In this document: in pieces, positions 48,877-58,131 of the stretch
Layout: every line of letters begins with the position of its first letter
How positions within the stretch are numbered: position 1 is the first letter of the stretch
Assembly: GCA_021604705.1 (NCBI GenBank)
Contig: BQJM01000006.1
Span: forward strand, 2,087-66,086
DNA length: 64,000 nt
From: a marine bacterium B5-7
GTDB taxonomy: Bacteria > Pseudomonadota > Gammaproteobacteria > BQJM01
Reading direction: 5' to 3'
Notes under the pieces: model-generated
Seen by the model: the letters and a program-made list of their open reading frames with translations, nothing else
The model's database searches: none
Told to the model about the DNA's origin: nothing
Translations under genes and position numbers: made by a program

Positions 48877-50112
48877 TTTATGGGGGCGGGGTGGTTCTTG
48901 TCTTGTTTGTGAGAGGGGTGCTTGCGCGGGCACTGCTGAAATACTCAGAACCGGGCTAAAAAATGTTGCCTCCGGCATATCCGGCGCTATTTCTGTGATT
49001 AATTTCAATAGACGATTAGATGCTGCTGCTTGTTGCTGAGCGTTGGTGAGTGGGTATGCAGCAAATGGTACCAGGTCGCTTTCGGGCGCCTGTGTTGATG
49101 GTGGCGTTGTCTCAACATAGGCCTTTTCAAGGTATCTTAAATCTTCTTTGATAAAGCTGATAGGATATGTGCTTCTTATGAATGCCTCTACTTCATCAGG
49201 TGTATTACAGTGTTTCCCGACCCACGTCATGATTGTTGCTTTATGTCCTTCATTATGACCTAACAAAAGCGCGCTTAACGTTGGTATTGTGTTGATATGC
49301 ATGAGCAATTCTTTTGTAATGTTGGTTATGCTGATATCTGTTTGACCGTTTAGTAAAAAATGTAGTTTTAACGGTGTATCTGGACTCGCGCTTGCCTTGC
49401 CGCTTAGTTCTTTGAGGGTTTTATCAAAGATAGAGATAAATGTTGTTGGTACTAGGGCAATCAGTAAACCCAGTGCACCATGATAATTGACCTTCAGCTT
49501 AGATATCTTACCTGTCGTCCTGATACAGCGTTGTTTTAATTTCTTCTCAAATATTGAAAAGGCTGTGTATACATGGCTAAGATCGGATACCTTCTTCGCT
49601 AGCGCTGTCGCAACCTCATGAGGAATGCTCCCTTTAGCACATGAGCTGCGAATGTCTTCCAACGCCTGAGTGACCTCTTGATGGCAGGTGCGAAGACTAT
49701 GCCAGCCACGGGTGTGCCCAATATCTTTTGAGTCGATGCGGCTGCTGAAGCATGCCACGATCTTTGCCATCTGCTCGAGTAGCTGGGCATCGCCATTGGA
49801 TTTGTTAAATGCGGTTAACCAGCGCGAGTGTGTGTTACCGAGTGCAAGCTTGATGGTGTGGCGATCTGTGCTTCCTGCATCGAAAAATTGTAATAAGGGA
49901 TTTTTAGGGGGCGTGTAAGTGGATGTAGCTTCGTTATAGCGTTTCGCTAATGTTAGTTGTTCGCGGATGAGTTTATTAAGTCTATGTAAGGGATTGCCTA
50001 GGATCGTACTTTGAGAACGCCATAGCTGTACCATGGTAATATGCAGCAAAGGTTGTACCAAATTTTGCTCAAAGGTGCGCCCGAGGCGGGTACTGGTGTC
50101 TAATAAGGTCAC
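48847..50112 (-). CDS. Orphan hypothetical protein (421 aa)
   Basis: Long ORF with GTG start 8 nt after gcaggag. No motif recognised. Its 3' end overlaps the gpsA 3' end by 30 nt. Confidence 0.45.
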   Translation of the reverse strand: MTLLDTSTRLGRTFEQNLVQPLLHITMVQLWRSQSTILGNPLHRLNKLIREQLTLAKRYNEATSTYTPPKNPLLQFFDAGSTDRHTIKLALGNTHSRWLTAFNKSNGDAQLLEQMAKIVACFSSRIDSKDIGHTRGWHSLRTCHQEVTQALEDIRSSCAKGSIPHEVATALAKKVSDLSHVYTAFSIFEKKLKQRCIRTTGKISKLKVNYHGALGLLIALVPTTFISIFDKTLKELSGKASASPDTPLKLHFLLNGQTDISITNITKELLMHINTIPTLSALLLGHNEGHKATIMTWVGKHCNTPDEVEAFIRSTYPISFIKEDLRYLEKAYVETTPPSTQAPESDLVPFAAYPLTNAQQQAAASNRLLKLITEIAPDMPEATFFSPVLSISAVPAQAPLSQTRQEPPRPHKLLSLQIAGE

Positions 50113-50148
50113 GATATTGTCTCCTGCGTATTTATTTTTATTACCGCA

Positions 50149-50173
50149 GAAAAGGGGCTATTGTGTAGCCCCT
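50149..50173 (-). terminator. Putative terminator hairpin after rpsT
   Basis: Stem aggggcta/tagcccct, loop ttgtg, short T-run on the minus strand. Confidence 0.4.
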
Positions 50174-50191
50174 ACCAAAAATATATAGTTT

Positions 50192-50458
50192 TTAAGCGAA
50201 TTTAGTTTTTAGTTGTTGTGCTAAACGACTCTTGGTGCGTGCAGCTTTATTCTTGTGAATCAAACCACGGTTGGCCATTTTATCCAACGAAGCGATAGCT
50301 GCTTTGATGTGCGTTGCAGCATTATCTTTTTCGCCTGCATCGATGGCATTGCGTGTTTGTTTGACGTAAGTACGCATTTCAGCACGTTGTGAGGCATTAT
50401 GTTGACGACGTTTTTCTGCTTGACGTACGCGTTTTTTCGCTTGTTTTGTGTTAGCCAC
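50192..50458 (-). CDS. rpsT: 30S ribosomal protein S20
   Basis: (V)[20 protein letters not shown] at 50458 gives 88 aa. Confidence 0.9.
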   Translation of the reverse strand: MANTKQAKKRVRQAEKRRQHNASQRAEMRTYVKQTRNAIDAGEKDNAATHIKAAIASLDKMANRGLIHKNKAARTKSRLAQQLKTKFA

Positions 50459-50637
50459 GTGGCTCTCCGAATTCAATGATAAAAGAGGCCGAATTATTCA
50501 ACTTTTGCGCGGTTTTGTCAAACATTTAGAGAGATTCTCAGTGGGTTGTTCAAAAATAACACTTGGTATATCGATAAGATGCTGAATACCCCTAATTTTG
50601 TTAAGATTCAGGCCATTTTAATGAGTCAGATAAGCCC

Positions 50638-52173
50638 ATGCGTAAAAGCCTGCTTCGATCCAGCGGCATCTTTGCTGCCAATACCTTGCTATCCCGGGTG
50701 CTGGGATTCGTGCGGGATATGGTCATTGGCGTGATATTTGGGGTGGTGGCAGGTACGGATGCCTTTTATGTGGCCTTCAAAATCCCCAATTTTCTACGGC
50801 GCCTCTTTGCCGAGGGTGCCTTTTCTCAAAGTTTTGTGCCGGTGCTATCGGAATATGAAGCGACAAAAACGCCTGCCGAATCGCGCCACTTTTTAAATGC
50901 GATGGCTGGGGCGTTGAGTACCGTGTTATTTATGACGACGGTGCTGGCGATGTTGGGTGCGCCATGGTTAGTGCATGTGTTTGCACCGGGGTTTGTTGTT
51001 GGTGGTGCGCGCTTTGTGTTAACGGCACATATGTTGGTGATTACCTTTCCTTATATTTTCTTTATTTCTTTAACAGCTTTTGCTGCGGCCGTGTTAAATA
51101 CGCAGCGGGTGTTTGGGCCGCCGGCCTTTACGCCCGTGATTCTGAATGTTTGTTTGATTGTTGCCGCTTTGTGGGGGGCGCCACATTTCCATTTAGGCAT
51201 AATCGCTGTTGCTTGGGGGGTGTTTTTCGCGGGAATACTGCAATTACTGTTTCAAATTCCTTTTTTAATGCGTGTGAAACGCCTGCCAAAGCCGACCTTT
51301 CGCTGGCGGGATCCGGGTGTGCGGCGTGTGCTGAAACTAATGGTGCCGGCATTGTTTGGTGTTTCCGTGTCACAAATTAATTTATTGATCGATACTTTGT
51401 TTGCTTCATTTCTTATGGTGGGTAGTGTGTCGTGGTTGTACTATTCTTCACGTTTAATGAATTTTCCATTGGGGGTGTTTGGCGTTGCTATTTCCACGGT
51501 CATTTTGCCGACCTTGGCGACGCAGCGTGCGACGCAGGATGAGGCGGCATACCAAAACACGTTAGACTGGGCTTTGCGCAGTATTTTGTTGGTCGCCTTA
51601 CCCTCGATGTTAGGTTTATTGTTTTTGGCGGGCCCTTTGTTAACGACGTTATTTCATTACGGTGCCTTTTCTCTGCGTGATGTGGTGATGGCGAGCCGCA
51701 GCTTATGGTGTTTTGCTGTGGGTATTCCGGCATTTATGTTGATTAAAGTGTTGGTGTCAGGGTTTTATGCACGCCAAGATATGAAAACACCCGTAAAAAT
51801 TGGGGTGATTGCGATGGTCTCGAACATTGTATTGATCTGTCTATTGATTAAGCCCTTGGCGCATGCAGGGTTGGCTTTGGCTACGAGTGTGTCTGCATAT
51901 ATCAATGCGGCGTGTTTATTTGTTGTGTTGCACCGGCGGCAGCTATTTCGACCCGCGAGTGGATGGTGCTTGTTTGTCGGAAAAGTATTGCTGGCTTGTG
52001 TTGCGATGACTGCGGTGATTTGGCTGTGGCACATGCCCTTGTCACAATGGGCGGCCCATCATGCGGGGTGGCGTTTGTCTCATTTGTTAGGCGCTGTTGG
52101 CGTGGCCGCGATAGTTTATCTAGGTGTGTTGTGGTTATTGGGGTTGCGTATTAAGGATTTGAAACAGGCATGA
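50638..52173 (+). CDS. murJ: Lipid II flippase MurJ
   Basis: LSRVLGFVRD, FYVAFKIPNFLRRLFAEGAFSQSFVP; 511 aa polytopic. Confidence 0.92.
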   Translation: MRKSLLRSSGIFAANTLLSRVLGFVRDMVIGVIFGVVAGTDAFYVAFKIPNFLRRLFAEGAFSQSFVPVLSEYEATKTPAESRHFLNAMAGALSTVLFMTTVLAMLGAPWLVHVFAPGFVVGGARFVLTAHMLVITFPYIFFISLTAFAAAVLNTQRVFGPPAFTPVILNVCLIVAALWGAPHFHLGIIAVAWGVFFAGILQLLFQIPFLMRVKRLPKPTFRWRDPGVRRVLKLMVPALFGVSVSQINLLIDTLFASFLMVGSVSWLYYSSRLMNFPLGVFGVAISTVILPTLATQRATQDEAAYQNTLDWALRSILLVALPSMLGLLFLAGPLLTTLFHYGAFSLRDVVMASRSLWCFAVGIPAFMLIKVLVSGFYARQDMKTPVKIGVIAMVSNIVLICLLIKPLAHAGLALATSVSAYINAACLFVVLHRRQLFRPASGWCLFVGKVLLACVAMTAVIWLWHMPLSQWAAHHAGWRLSHLLGAVGVAAIVYLGVLWLLGLRIKDLKQA

Positions 52174-53066
52174 AGATCATTCATCATCCAAGTGCAGTGC
52201 CACATGCACACGTGGCAACTATCGGTAATTTTGATGGTATGCATCGCGGGCATCAAGCCTTAATCCAGCGCACTAAAGAGTTAGCTTCGCAGCATCATTG
52301 TGCCGCGATGGTGATTTTGTTTGAGCCACAGCCTCGTGAATATTTTTCACCGGATACGGCGCCACCACGTGTGATGCAATTACGCGATAAGCTACATTTT
52401 TTGCAGCAAGCGGGTATTGATACGGTGGTCTGTTTGTCATTTTCACACTGTTGTCAGTTGAGTGCAGAGACCTTCTGTGATGTCATTTTAAAGCAAGCCC
52501 TGCAAGTGCATACCTTGGTCATTGGGGAAGACTTTCGTTTTGGGAAAGGACGAACAGGGGATGCTGCCTTGCTTCAAACACATGGTTTAGCCGTAGAAAA
52601 TATTCCCCCGGTATTAGCGGGTGATCTTCGTATTAGTAGTACGGCAGTGCGTATCACATTGGCGCAAGCTGATTTTTCTCTTGCGGAACGCTTACTCGGG
52701 CATGCGTGGCAATTTCGTGGGCGTGTGGCGCATGGGCAGCAGTTGGGGCGAACATTGGGTTATCCCACCTTGAATATTCGTTTAGGTCAGCCACATGTCC
52801 CTGTTACAGGCATTTTTGCTGTGCGTGTGAGCATTGGCGATAAAACCGTCTGGGGCGCTGCTAGTTTAGGGCCTCGCCCGGTGGTTGACGATGCACGTGG
52901 ACTGCTAGAAGTGCATTGTTTAGATTTTAATGAGACACTTTACGGTCAGCATGTGACCGTGACGATTTTACAGAAACTCCGTGATATCATGGACTTTGAT
53001 AGCCACACGGCGTTAATTGAACAAATGCAGCAAGATATATTGCAAGTAAGGGCCTTGATACCATGA
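52170..53066 (+). CDS. ribF: Bifunctional riboflavin kinase / FMN adenylyltransferase
   Basis: GNFDGMHRGHQ; C-terminal kinase domain GRTLGYPTLN. ATGA overlaps on both sides. Confidence 0.9.
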   Translation: MKIIHHPSAVPHAHVATIGNFDGMHRGHQALIQRTKELASQHHCAAMVILFEPQPREYFSPDTAPPRVMQLRDKLHFLQQAGIDTVVCLSFSHCCQLSAETFCDVILKQALQVHTLVIGEDFRFGKGRTGDAALLQTHGLAVENIPPVLAGDLRISSTAVRITLAQADFSLAERLLGHAWQFRGRVAHGQQLGRTLGYPTLNIRLGQPHVPVTGIFAVRVSIGDKTVWGAASLGPRPVVDDARGLLEVHCLDFNETLYGQHVTVTILQKLRDIMDFDSHTALIEQMQQDILQVRALIP

Positions 53067-55864
53067 GTGATTACAAACATACCTTAAATTTACCAAGCAC
53101 TGACTTTCCGATGAAAGCAAATCTAGCGAATCGCGAGCCTGATCGTTTAAAGCGCTGGGCAGAGCAAGACGTTTATCAGATGATTCGTGATGAACGAGCG
53201 GGCAAACCCTTGTTTATTTTGCATGATGGACCGCCGTACGCAAATGGCCCGATTCATTTAGGGCATGCGCTAAATAAAACGCTAAAAGATATTATTGTGA
53301 AAGCTAAAACCATGAATGGCTATGATGCGCCGTATGTGCCGGGCTGGGATTGTCATGGTTTGCCGATTGAATTAAATGTTGAGAAAAAAGTAGGTAAGGC
53401 CGGACATAAAGTCGATGCAAAAACTTTCAGGCAGCATTGTCGTGATTATGCTAAAAAACAAATTGACATTCAGCGTGAAGGCTTTATGCGTTTAGGGGTG
53501 TTAGGTGATTGGTTTGAGCCTTATGCAACGATGGATAAAAGTTACGAAGCTAATATCGTGCGTGCGTTTGCAAAAATTGTTAGGCATGGTGATTTGCGCC
53601 GCGGTGAACGACCTGTGCATTGGTGTTTCGACTGCCAGTCTTCTTTAGCAGAAGCGGAAATTGAATACCAAGATAAAACCTCTCCTTCGCTTGATGTACG
53701 TTTCACGGCGACGGATGCAGCAGCTGTGGCGACAGCATTTGATGCCACTTTTTCTGGCCTGATTCATTTTCCGATCTGGACGACAACGCCATGGTCATTA
53801 CCTTCGAATCAAATGATTGCGGTTCATCCGGAAGTGCAATATGTTTTAGTACAAGTAGCTGATGAAGCTTTTGTGTTGGCCGAAGATTTATTGGAAAGTG
53901 CGTTGGCGCGTTGGGAGATGACAGAGTTTACTGTCCTCGGCACTTGTCTCGGACAAGCCTTAGAAAATCTGACGTATCAGCATCCCTTTATAGATCGTAC
54001 ATCCATGATTGTTTTGGGTGACCATGTTACTGTCGATGCCGGTACGGGTTGTGTGCATTCTGCGCCGGATCATGGTGCTGATGACTTCAGCGTTGGACAA
54101 AAGTATGGTCTCGACTTGTTGCATTTGGTGGGGACAAATGGCGTATTCCTCGAACATACCCCTTTGTTTGCAGGCCAACATATTTTTAAAGCGAATTCTC
54201 TTATTATTGACACCTTGGAAAAGTCTGGTCACCTATTAGGAGAAACAGATTTTCCACATAGCTATCCGCATTGCTGGCGGCATAAATCACCAGTGATTTT
54301 CCGTACGACACCGCAATGGTTTATTAGCATGGATGAGAAAGATCTTCGTGCGAATGCTTTGCGTGAAATTAAACACGTGCAATGGATCCCAGAATCTGGG
54401 CAAGCGCGTATTCATTCGATGATTGCGCAACGACCGGATTGGTGCATCTCTCGGCAACGTGCTTGGGGTACGCCGATTCCTTTGTTTTTGCATAAAATCA
54501 CTAAAGAATTACATCCCAATACGCTAGAAATTTTAGATAAAGTGGCGGACGCCATTGAAAAAAATCACATTGATGCCTGGTTTGATTCTGAAGCGAGTGA
54601 TTGGATTGATGATGCTGATGATTACGACATGGGTAAAGATATTATCGAAGTGTGGTTTGAAGCGGGTGTTTCTCACACGGCTGTGTTAGCAACGCGTAAA
54701 GACTTACGTGCACCAGCTGATTTATATTTAGAAGGATCCGATCAACATCGTGGTTGGTTCCATTCTGCGTTGTTAACATCAACGGCAATGTATAACCAAG
54801 CGCCTTATGCGCAAGTGTTAACACATGGTTATGCGTTAGATCCGCAAGGCCGTAAAATGTCGAAGTCTTTAGGAAATGTCGTCGCGCCGGATCAAATTAT
54901 CAAACAATATGGTGCGGATATTTTACGTTTGTGGGTGGCATCAACGGATTATCGGGATGACATCAATTATTCAGAAGAATCCATGAAGCGTACGGCGGAT
55001 ACCTATCGTCGTATTCGAAATACTGCACGATTCTTGTTGTCTAACTTATGTGACTTTGATCCTGCTGAACATTGTTTGCCTGCAGAAAACATGTTGGCGC
55101 TTGATCGTTGGGTCATGGACAAAACGAAAGATGTGCAGCAGCAAATTATTAATGGCTACGATGGGTATCATTTCCATTTGATTATTAAATTAATCCATCA
55201 TTTTTGTGTTGATGAACTGGGATCGTTTTATTTAGACATTATTAAAGATCGTCAATATACCTGCCCGAAAGAATCGGTTGCACGTCGATCAGCACAAACA
55301 GCAATGTATGTGGTGTTAGAGGCATTGGTTCGTTGGATTTCACCAGTATTAAGTTTTACCGCAGATGAAATCTGGGAGCATATGCCGGGTACGCGTAGCG
55401 GACCTATATTCTTAACAGAATGGTATGCAGACATTCCTGGGTTGCCTGCAGAGCACCGTCTTGATCAAGCGTATTGGCATACCATCATGCAAGTACGTGA
55501 TGCAGTGAATGCAGAAATTGAAAACCAACGTAAAGCGGGTACTTTAGGTTCTGGATTAGAAGCCCATGTGACCTTGTATTGTGAGCCAGAGTTACTGGAT
55601 ACGTTACAAAAGCTTGGGGACGAATTACGTTTCGTGCTGATTGTTTCAGAAGTGGATGCACATTTTGCCGTTGAGCGTGATGATGTGTCTGTGAAAACAG
55701 AGGTGCCAGGTTTGTGGTTGAAGGTGGTACCGTCGCGACATGAAAAATGTGAACGTTGCTGGCATCGCCGCCGTGATGTGGGCGAGCATGCGAAACATAC
55801 GACTTTGTGTGGGCGTTGTGTGACTAATCTCGAAGGGCAAGGCGAGACGCGGGAATTCAGTTAG
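53063..55864 (+). CDS. ileS: Isoleucine--tRNA ligase
   Basis: HLGH (PIHLGHAL), KMSKS, C-terminal CERCWHRR..CGRC zinc finger; 933 aa. Confidence 0.95.
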   Translation: MSDYKHTLNLPSTDFPMKANLANREPDRLKRWAEQDVYQMIRDERAGKPLFILHDGPPYANGPIHLGHALNKTLKDIIVKAKTMNGYDAPYVPGWDCHGLPIELNVEKKVGKAGHKVDAKTFRQHCRDYAKKQIDIQREGFMRLGVLGDWFEPYATMDKSYEANIVRAFAKIVRHGDLRRGERPVHWCFDCQSSLAEAEIEYQDKTSPSLDVRFTATDAAAVATAFDATFSGLIHFPIWTTTPWSLPSNQMIAVHPEVQYVLVQVADEAFVLAEDLLESALARWEMTEFTVLGTCLGQALENLTYQHPFIDRTSMIVLGDHVTVDAGTGCVHSAPDHGADDFSVGQKYGLDLLHLVGTNGVFLEHTPLFAGQHIFKANSLIIDTLEKSGHLLGETDFPHSYPHCWRHKSPVIFRTTPQWFISMDEKDLRANALREIKHVQWIPESGQARIHSMIAQRPDWCISRQRAWGTPIPLFLHKITKELHPNTLEILDKVADAIEKNHIDAWFDSEASDWIDDADDYDMGKDIIEVWFEAGVSHTAVLATRKDLRAPADLYLEGSDQHRGWFHSALLTSTAMYNQAPYAQVLTHGYALDPQGRKMSKSLGNVVAPDQIIKQYGADILRLWVASTDYRDDINYSEESMKRTADTYRRIRNTARFLLSNLCDFDPAEHCLPAENMLALDRWVMDKTKDVQQQIINGYDGYHFHLIIKLIHHFCVDELGSFYLDIIKDRQYTCPKESVARRSAQTAMYVVLEALVRWISPVLSFTADEIWEHMPGTRSGPIFLTEWYADIPGLPAEHRLDQAYWHTIMQVRDAVNAEIENQRKAGTLGSGLEAHVTLYCEPELLDTLQKLGDELRFVLIVSEVDAHFAVERDDVSVKTEVPGLWLKVVPSRHEKCERCWHRRRDVGEHAKHTTLCGRCVTNLEGQGETREFS

Positions 55865-55875
55865 GGGTAATACCA

Positions 55876-56010
55876 CTGTCATCGTGTGCAGCTGTCATCC
55901 CGGCCTTGAGGCGGGATCTCCATCTATTGCCACTGTCATCCCGCGCTTGACGCGGCACGTTCCCTGTCATCCCGGCCTTGAGCCGGGATCTCCTGAGAGT
56001 ACTGCGGTGC
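55876..56010. repeat. REP cluster, family 1: three to four same-orientation units, no inverted partners
   Basis: ctgtcatcgtgtgcag, ctgtcatcccggccttgaggcgggatctccatcta, ctgtcatcccgcgcttgacgcggcacgttcc, ctgtcatcccggccttgagccgggatctcctgaga. Confidence 0.88.
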
Positions 56011-56065
56011 TAGAATGCAATTTGGCCCTGGGCGGGCCGAATTGCAAAAAAATGTTTGTAATGAC

Positions 56066-57220
56066 CTATTTAGATGCTGTGAATTGCGCAGTGGTATTCG
56101 TATCATTTGCGGGTAGCTTGATTTCGGCTGGTGTATTTTTTCTTGCTGGTGCATAGCCCAAGAATTTCCAAAAAGAATGCCGCATATCCTCTAGAAAACT
56201 GGGGCAGCGGGGCAGATTAGGCCCTGGTAAGCTTAGAGTATATGATGCTTTAGCTTCGCCACCATCGTTGGGGACTGCGGTTAAAGTCAATTGCGGCTCA
56301 CCCGCTGACGTTTCGCTATGGTGTAGCTGTAACTGATGATTCTCCACTAATTCCCACTGATGAGCGACAATAAAGCGGGCGGCTTTGGGATCATCTAAAA
56401 TGGCTTGGTATGTTTGTTCCGACATTGAATGCCCGACCATAGTTGCTTTTTCAGACAATGCATTCACTAGAAATTTGTCTAAGGCGTACTGTTTTGCGTG
56501 CTCTAAATTTTTTCCTTCTGCTAAACGCGTGCTGAACATCATCGGTATCTGTGTTCCTGCTTGCTTTGCATTTAACACCATGCGATGTTTTTCAGTGATG
56601 CGAGCCTGTCGATTGCTAGGAACCGTGCTGACAATGCGCATGGTGATATCAAGTAGGCTACCAGAAACGCGTGTTTCTTTTGATTGTAGTTTCAGTGTAT
56701 TAGGCCGGAGATTATCGTAAGTTGATAAAAATGTGTGAAATGCTTTTTGATTCAAAAACACATTTCGTACGAATGCTGGGTTGATGGATGCAAGGGTTGG
56801 CAACCATGCTTTTAAGGCCTTGTAAGCGTTTTCTGACAGTAAGGGAAGTGTGAGCCAAGGCGCATAGTCAACCATCACAAAATACTGGTTGTCTTCCCCA
56901 GCTTCATTTATTTTTTTAAACGCCAACCAGCGTACTGGTTGACGATCACTTTTTTCAAAGTGAAAAGCGTGGCTATAGATATACTGAAACTGCCAATCCC
57001 TATTTGTTTTATGATAGAGATCCAGAAACATACCGCGCATAGATTCCTTTTCTGCATCTGAAAGGATGTTGCTGGTGATATTGGGGGTGATAGGCGTTTG
57101 ATCGGATGTTGCTTGTGGCATGCCCGATGTCAGCTGTATTTGCTGCATGATGCTGGTATAGCCAGCAGGACAAGTGGGGGCTAAGCCCGGTGGGTTATAA
57201 GGTTCGGCTGCGAATGGCAT
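56066..57220 (-). CDS. Orphan hypothetical protein (384 aa), Pro/Thr/Ser-rich N-terminus
   Basis: ATG start, long ORF, no motif recognised. Confidence 0.5.
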   Translation of the reverse strand: MPFAAEPYNPPGLAPTCPAGYTSIMQQIQLTSGMPQATSDQTPITPNITSNILSDAEKESMRGMFLDLYHKTNRDWQFQYIYSHAFHFEKSDRQPVRWLAFKKINEAGEDNQYFVMVDYAPWLTLPLLSENAYKALKAWLPTLASINPAFVRNVFLNQKAFHTFLSTYDNLRPNTLKLQSKETRVSGSLLDITMRIVSTVPSNRQARITEKHRMVLNAKQAGTQIPMMFSTRLAEGKNLEHAKQYALDKFLVNALSEKATMVGHSMSEQTYQAILDDPKAARFIVAHQWELVENHQLQLHHSETSAGEPQLTLTAVPNDGGEAKASYTLSLPGPNLPRCPSFLEDMRHSFWKFLGYAPARKNTPAEIKLPANDTNTTAQFTASK

Positions 57221-57474
57221 AAGCGTGTGTTCCGTTTATTGTGTAGTCGACTATTCTAAGGTCTTTAGTTTAGTGCCACAAGCACATTAAAACCGAAGCT
57301 GACCCTCACTAGGCAGTGCAAAAGCATTCGCTGCATTTAATTGTGCGTAGGCAAGGTCATAATCAGAAAAATCGATGCTTGCGGTAAAAGTTTGTGCTCT
57401 GGCTAGCATGTGGCAAAAACAATTTCTTGTTCAAGCACCTGCAAATTTTTTCGATTAGTGGCCATTGAAATTTT

Positions 57475-57567
57475 CCATGAATGTTAAAATTTTTAGTCTA
57501 AAGCCGTTATTTTGTCAAAAATTTTAGATTAACAGGGTTATTTTGCAAAAATTTTAGAATAAGGAGG
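57475..57567. repeat. Three phased 31-bp repeats ending in a perfect SD
   Basis: ccatgaatgttaaaatttttagtctaaagcc / gttattttgtcaaaaattttagattaacagg / gttattttgcaaaaattttagaataaggagg. The units contain ATTTTG(T)CAAAAT palindromes. Confidence 0.75.
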
Positions 57568-57586
57568 CGCTTTGCTGGTTATGAGC

Positions 57587-57608
57587 ATTTTGCAAGATAA
57601 TGCAAAAT
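57587..57608. promoter_or_regulatory. 22-bp palindrome ATTTTGCA-N6-TGCAAAAT inside a 9-codon mini-ORF
   Basis: attttgca agataa tgcaaaat. The 38-nt context 57579-57616 matches 61751-61788 at 32 of 38 positions. Confidence 0.7.
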
Positions 57609-57763
57609 AGTCTTGATCTCTTCGCGTGTTTTTTGACGGAAAAATGCTAAAAGACAACGGCTGGATGGGCAACTGAGATATACCCCGGGAAAATGGTATT
57701 GACGCTTCTTGTTTCAATGGTGTAGCTTGTGAGCCTGGGTGAGTTATTTCTTCTAGGAGGTGT

Positions 57764-58090
57764 GTGATGAATGGTGGAAACGCAACTTTTTTTGAGCCAG
57801 AACGAATACCACAGAGCAGTTGTGATGCAGCAGAACAAATGAAGCAGCAGATGAAGCTAGCGGAAGCGGAACTTGTGCGCCTGAGCAGCGAGGCTGCATA
57901 CTTATCGAGGGAAAGAGCGCGGTGCATGCAAGCGATGGAAAGGTCGGAAAACGGCGGGCAATGGGCGTCGAGTACGGGCTATGAGAAACTGAGGCGAGAG
58001 ATGGATGAACTGAACAAAAAAATAGAGATCGCAGGTTGCCAGCTGGATGCGAGGCATCAAGTGTATTGTCGAGAATATTTAGGTATGTGA
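57764..58090 (+). CDS. Small coiled-coil hypothetical protein (108 aa)
   Basis: Strong SD ctaggaggtgtgtgATG. Heptad-like charged sequence. Confidence 0.5.
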   Translation: MMNGGNATFFEPERIPQSSCDAAEQMKQQMKLAEAELVRLSSEAAYLSRERARCMQAMERSENGGQWASSTGYEKLRREMDELNKKIEIAGCQLDARHQVYCREYLGM

Positions 58091-58131
58091 ATATTAACAG
58101 CTAGGATTGAGAAGCAGTCTACAGGTGGCGT

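Noticed and set aside
55884-56156. ORFs encoding CHPGLE(A/P)GSP-type peptides (also 109..294, 17703..18116 and 25052..25270).
   Set aside because: They are translations of family-1 REP units, and the peptide repeats track the DNA repeats.
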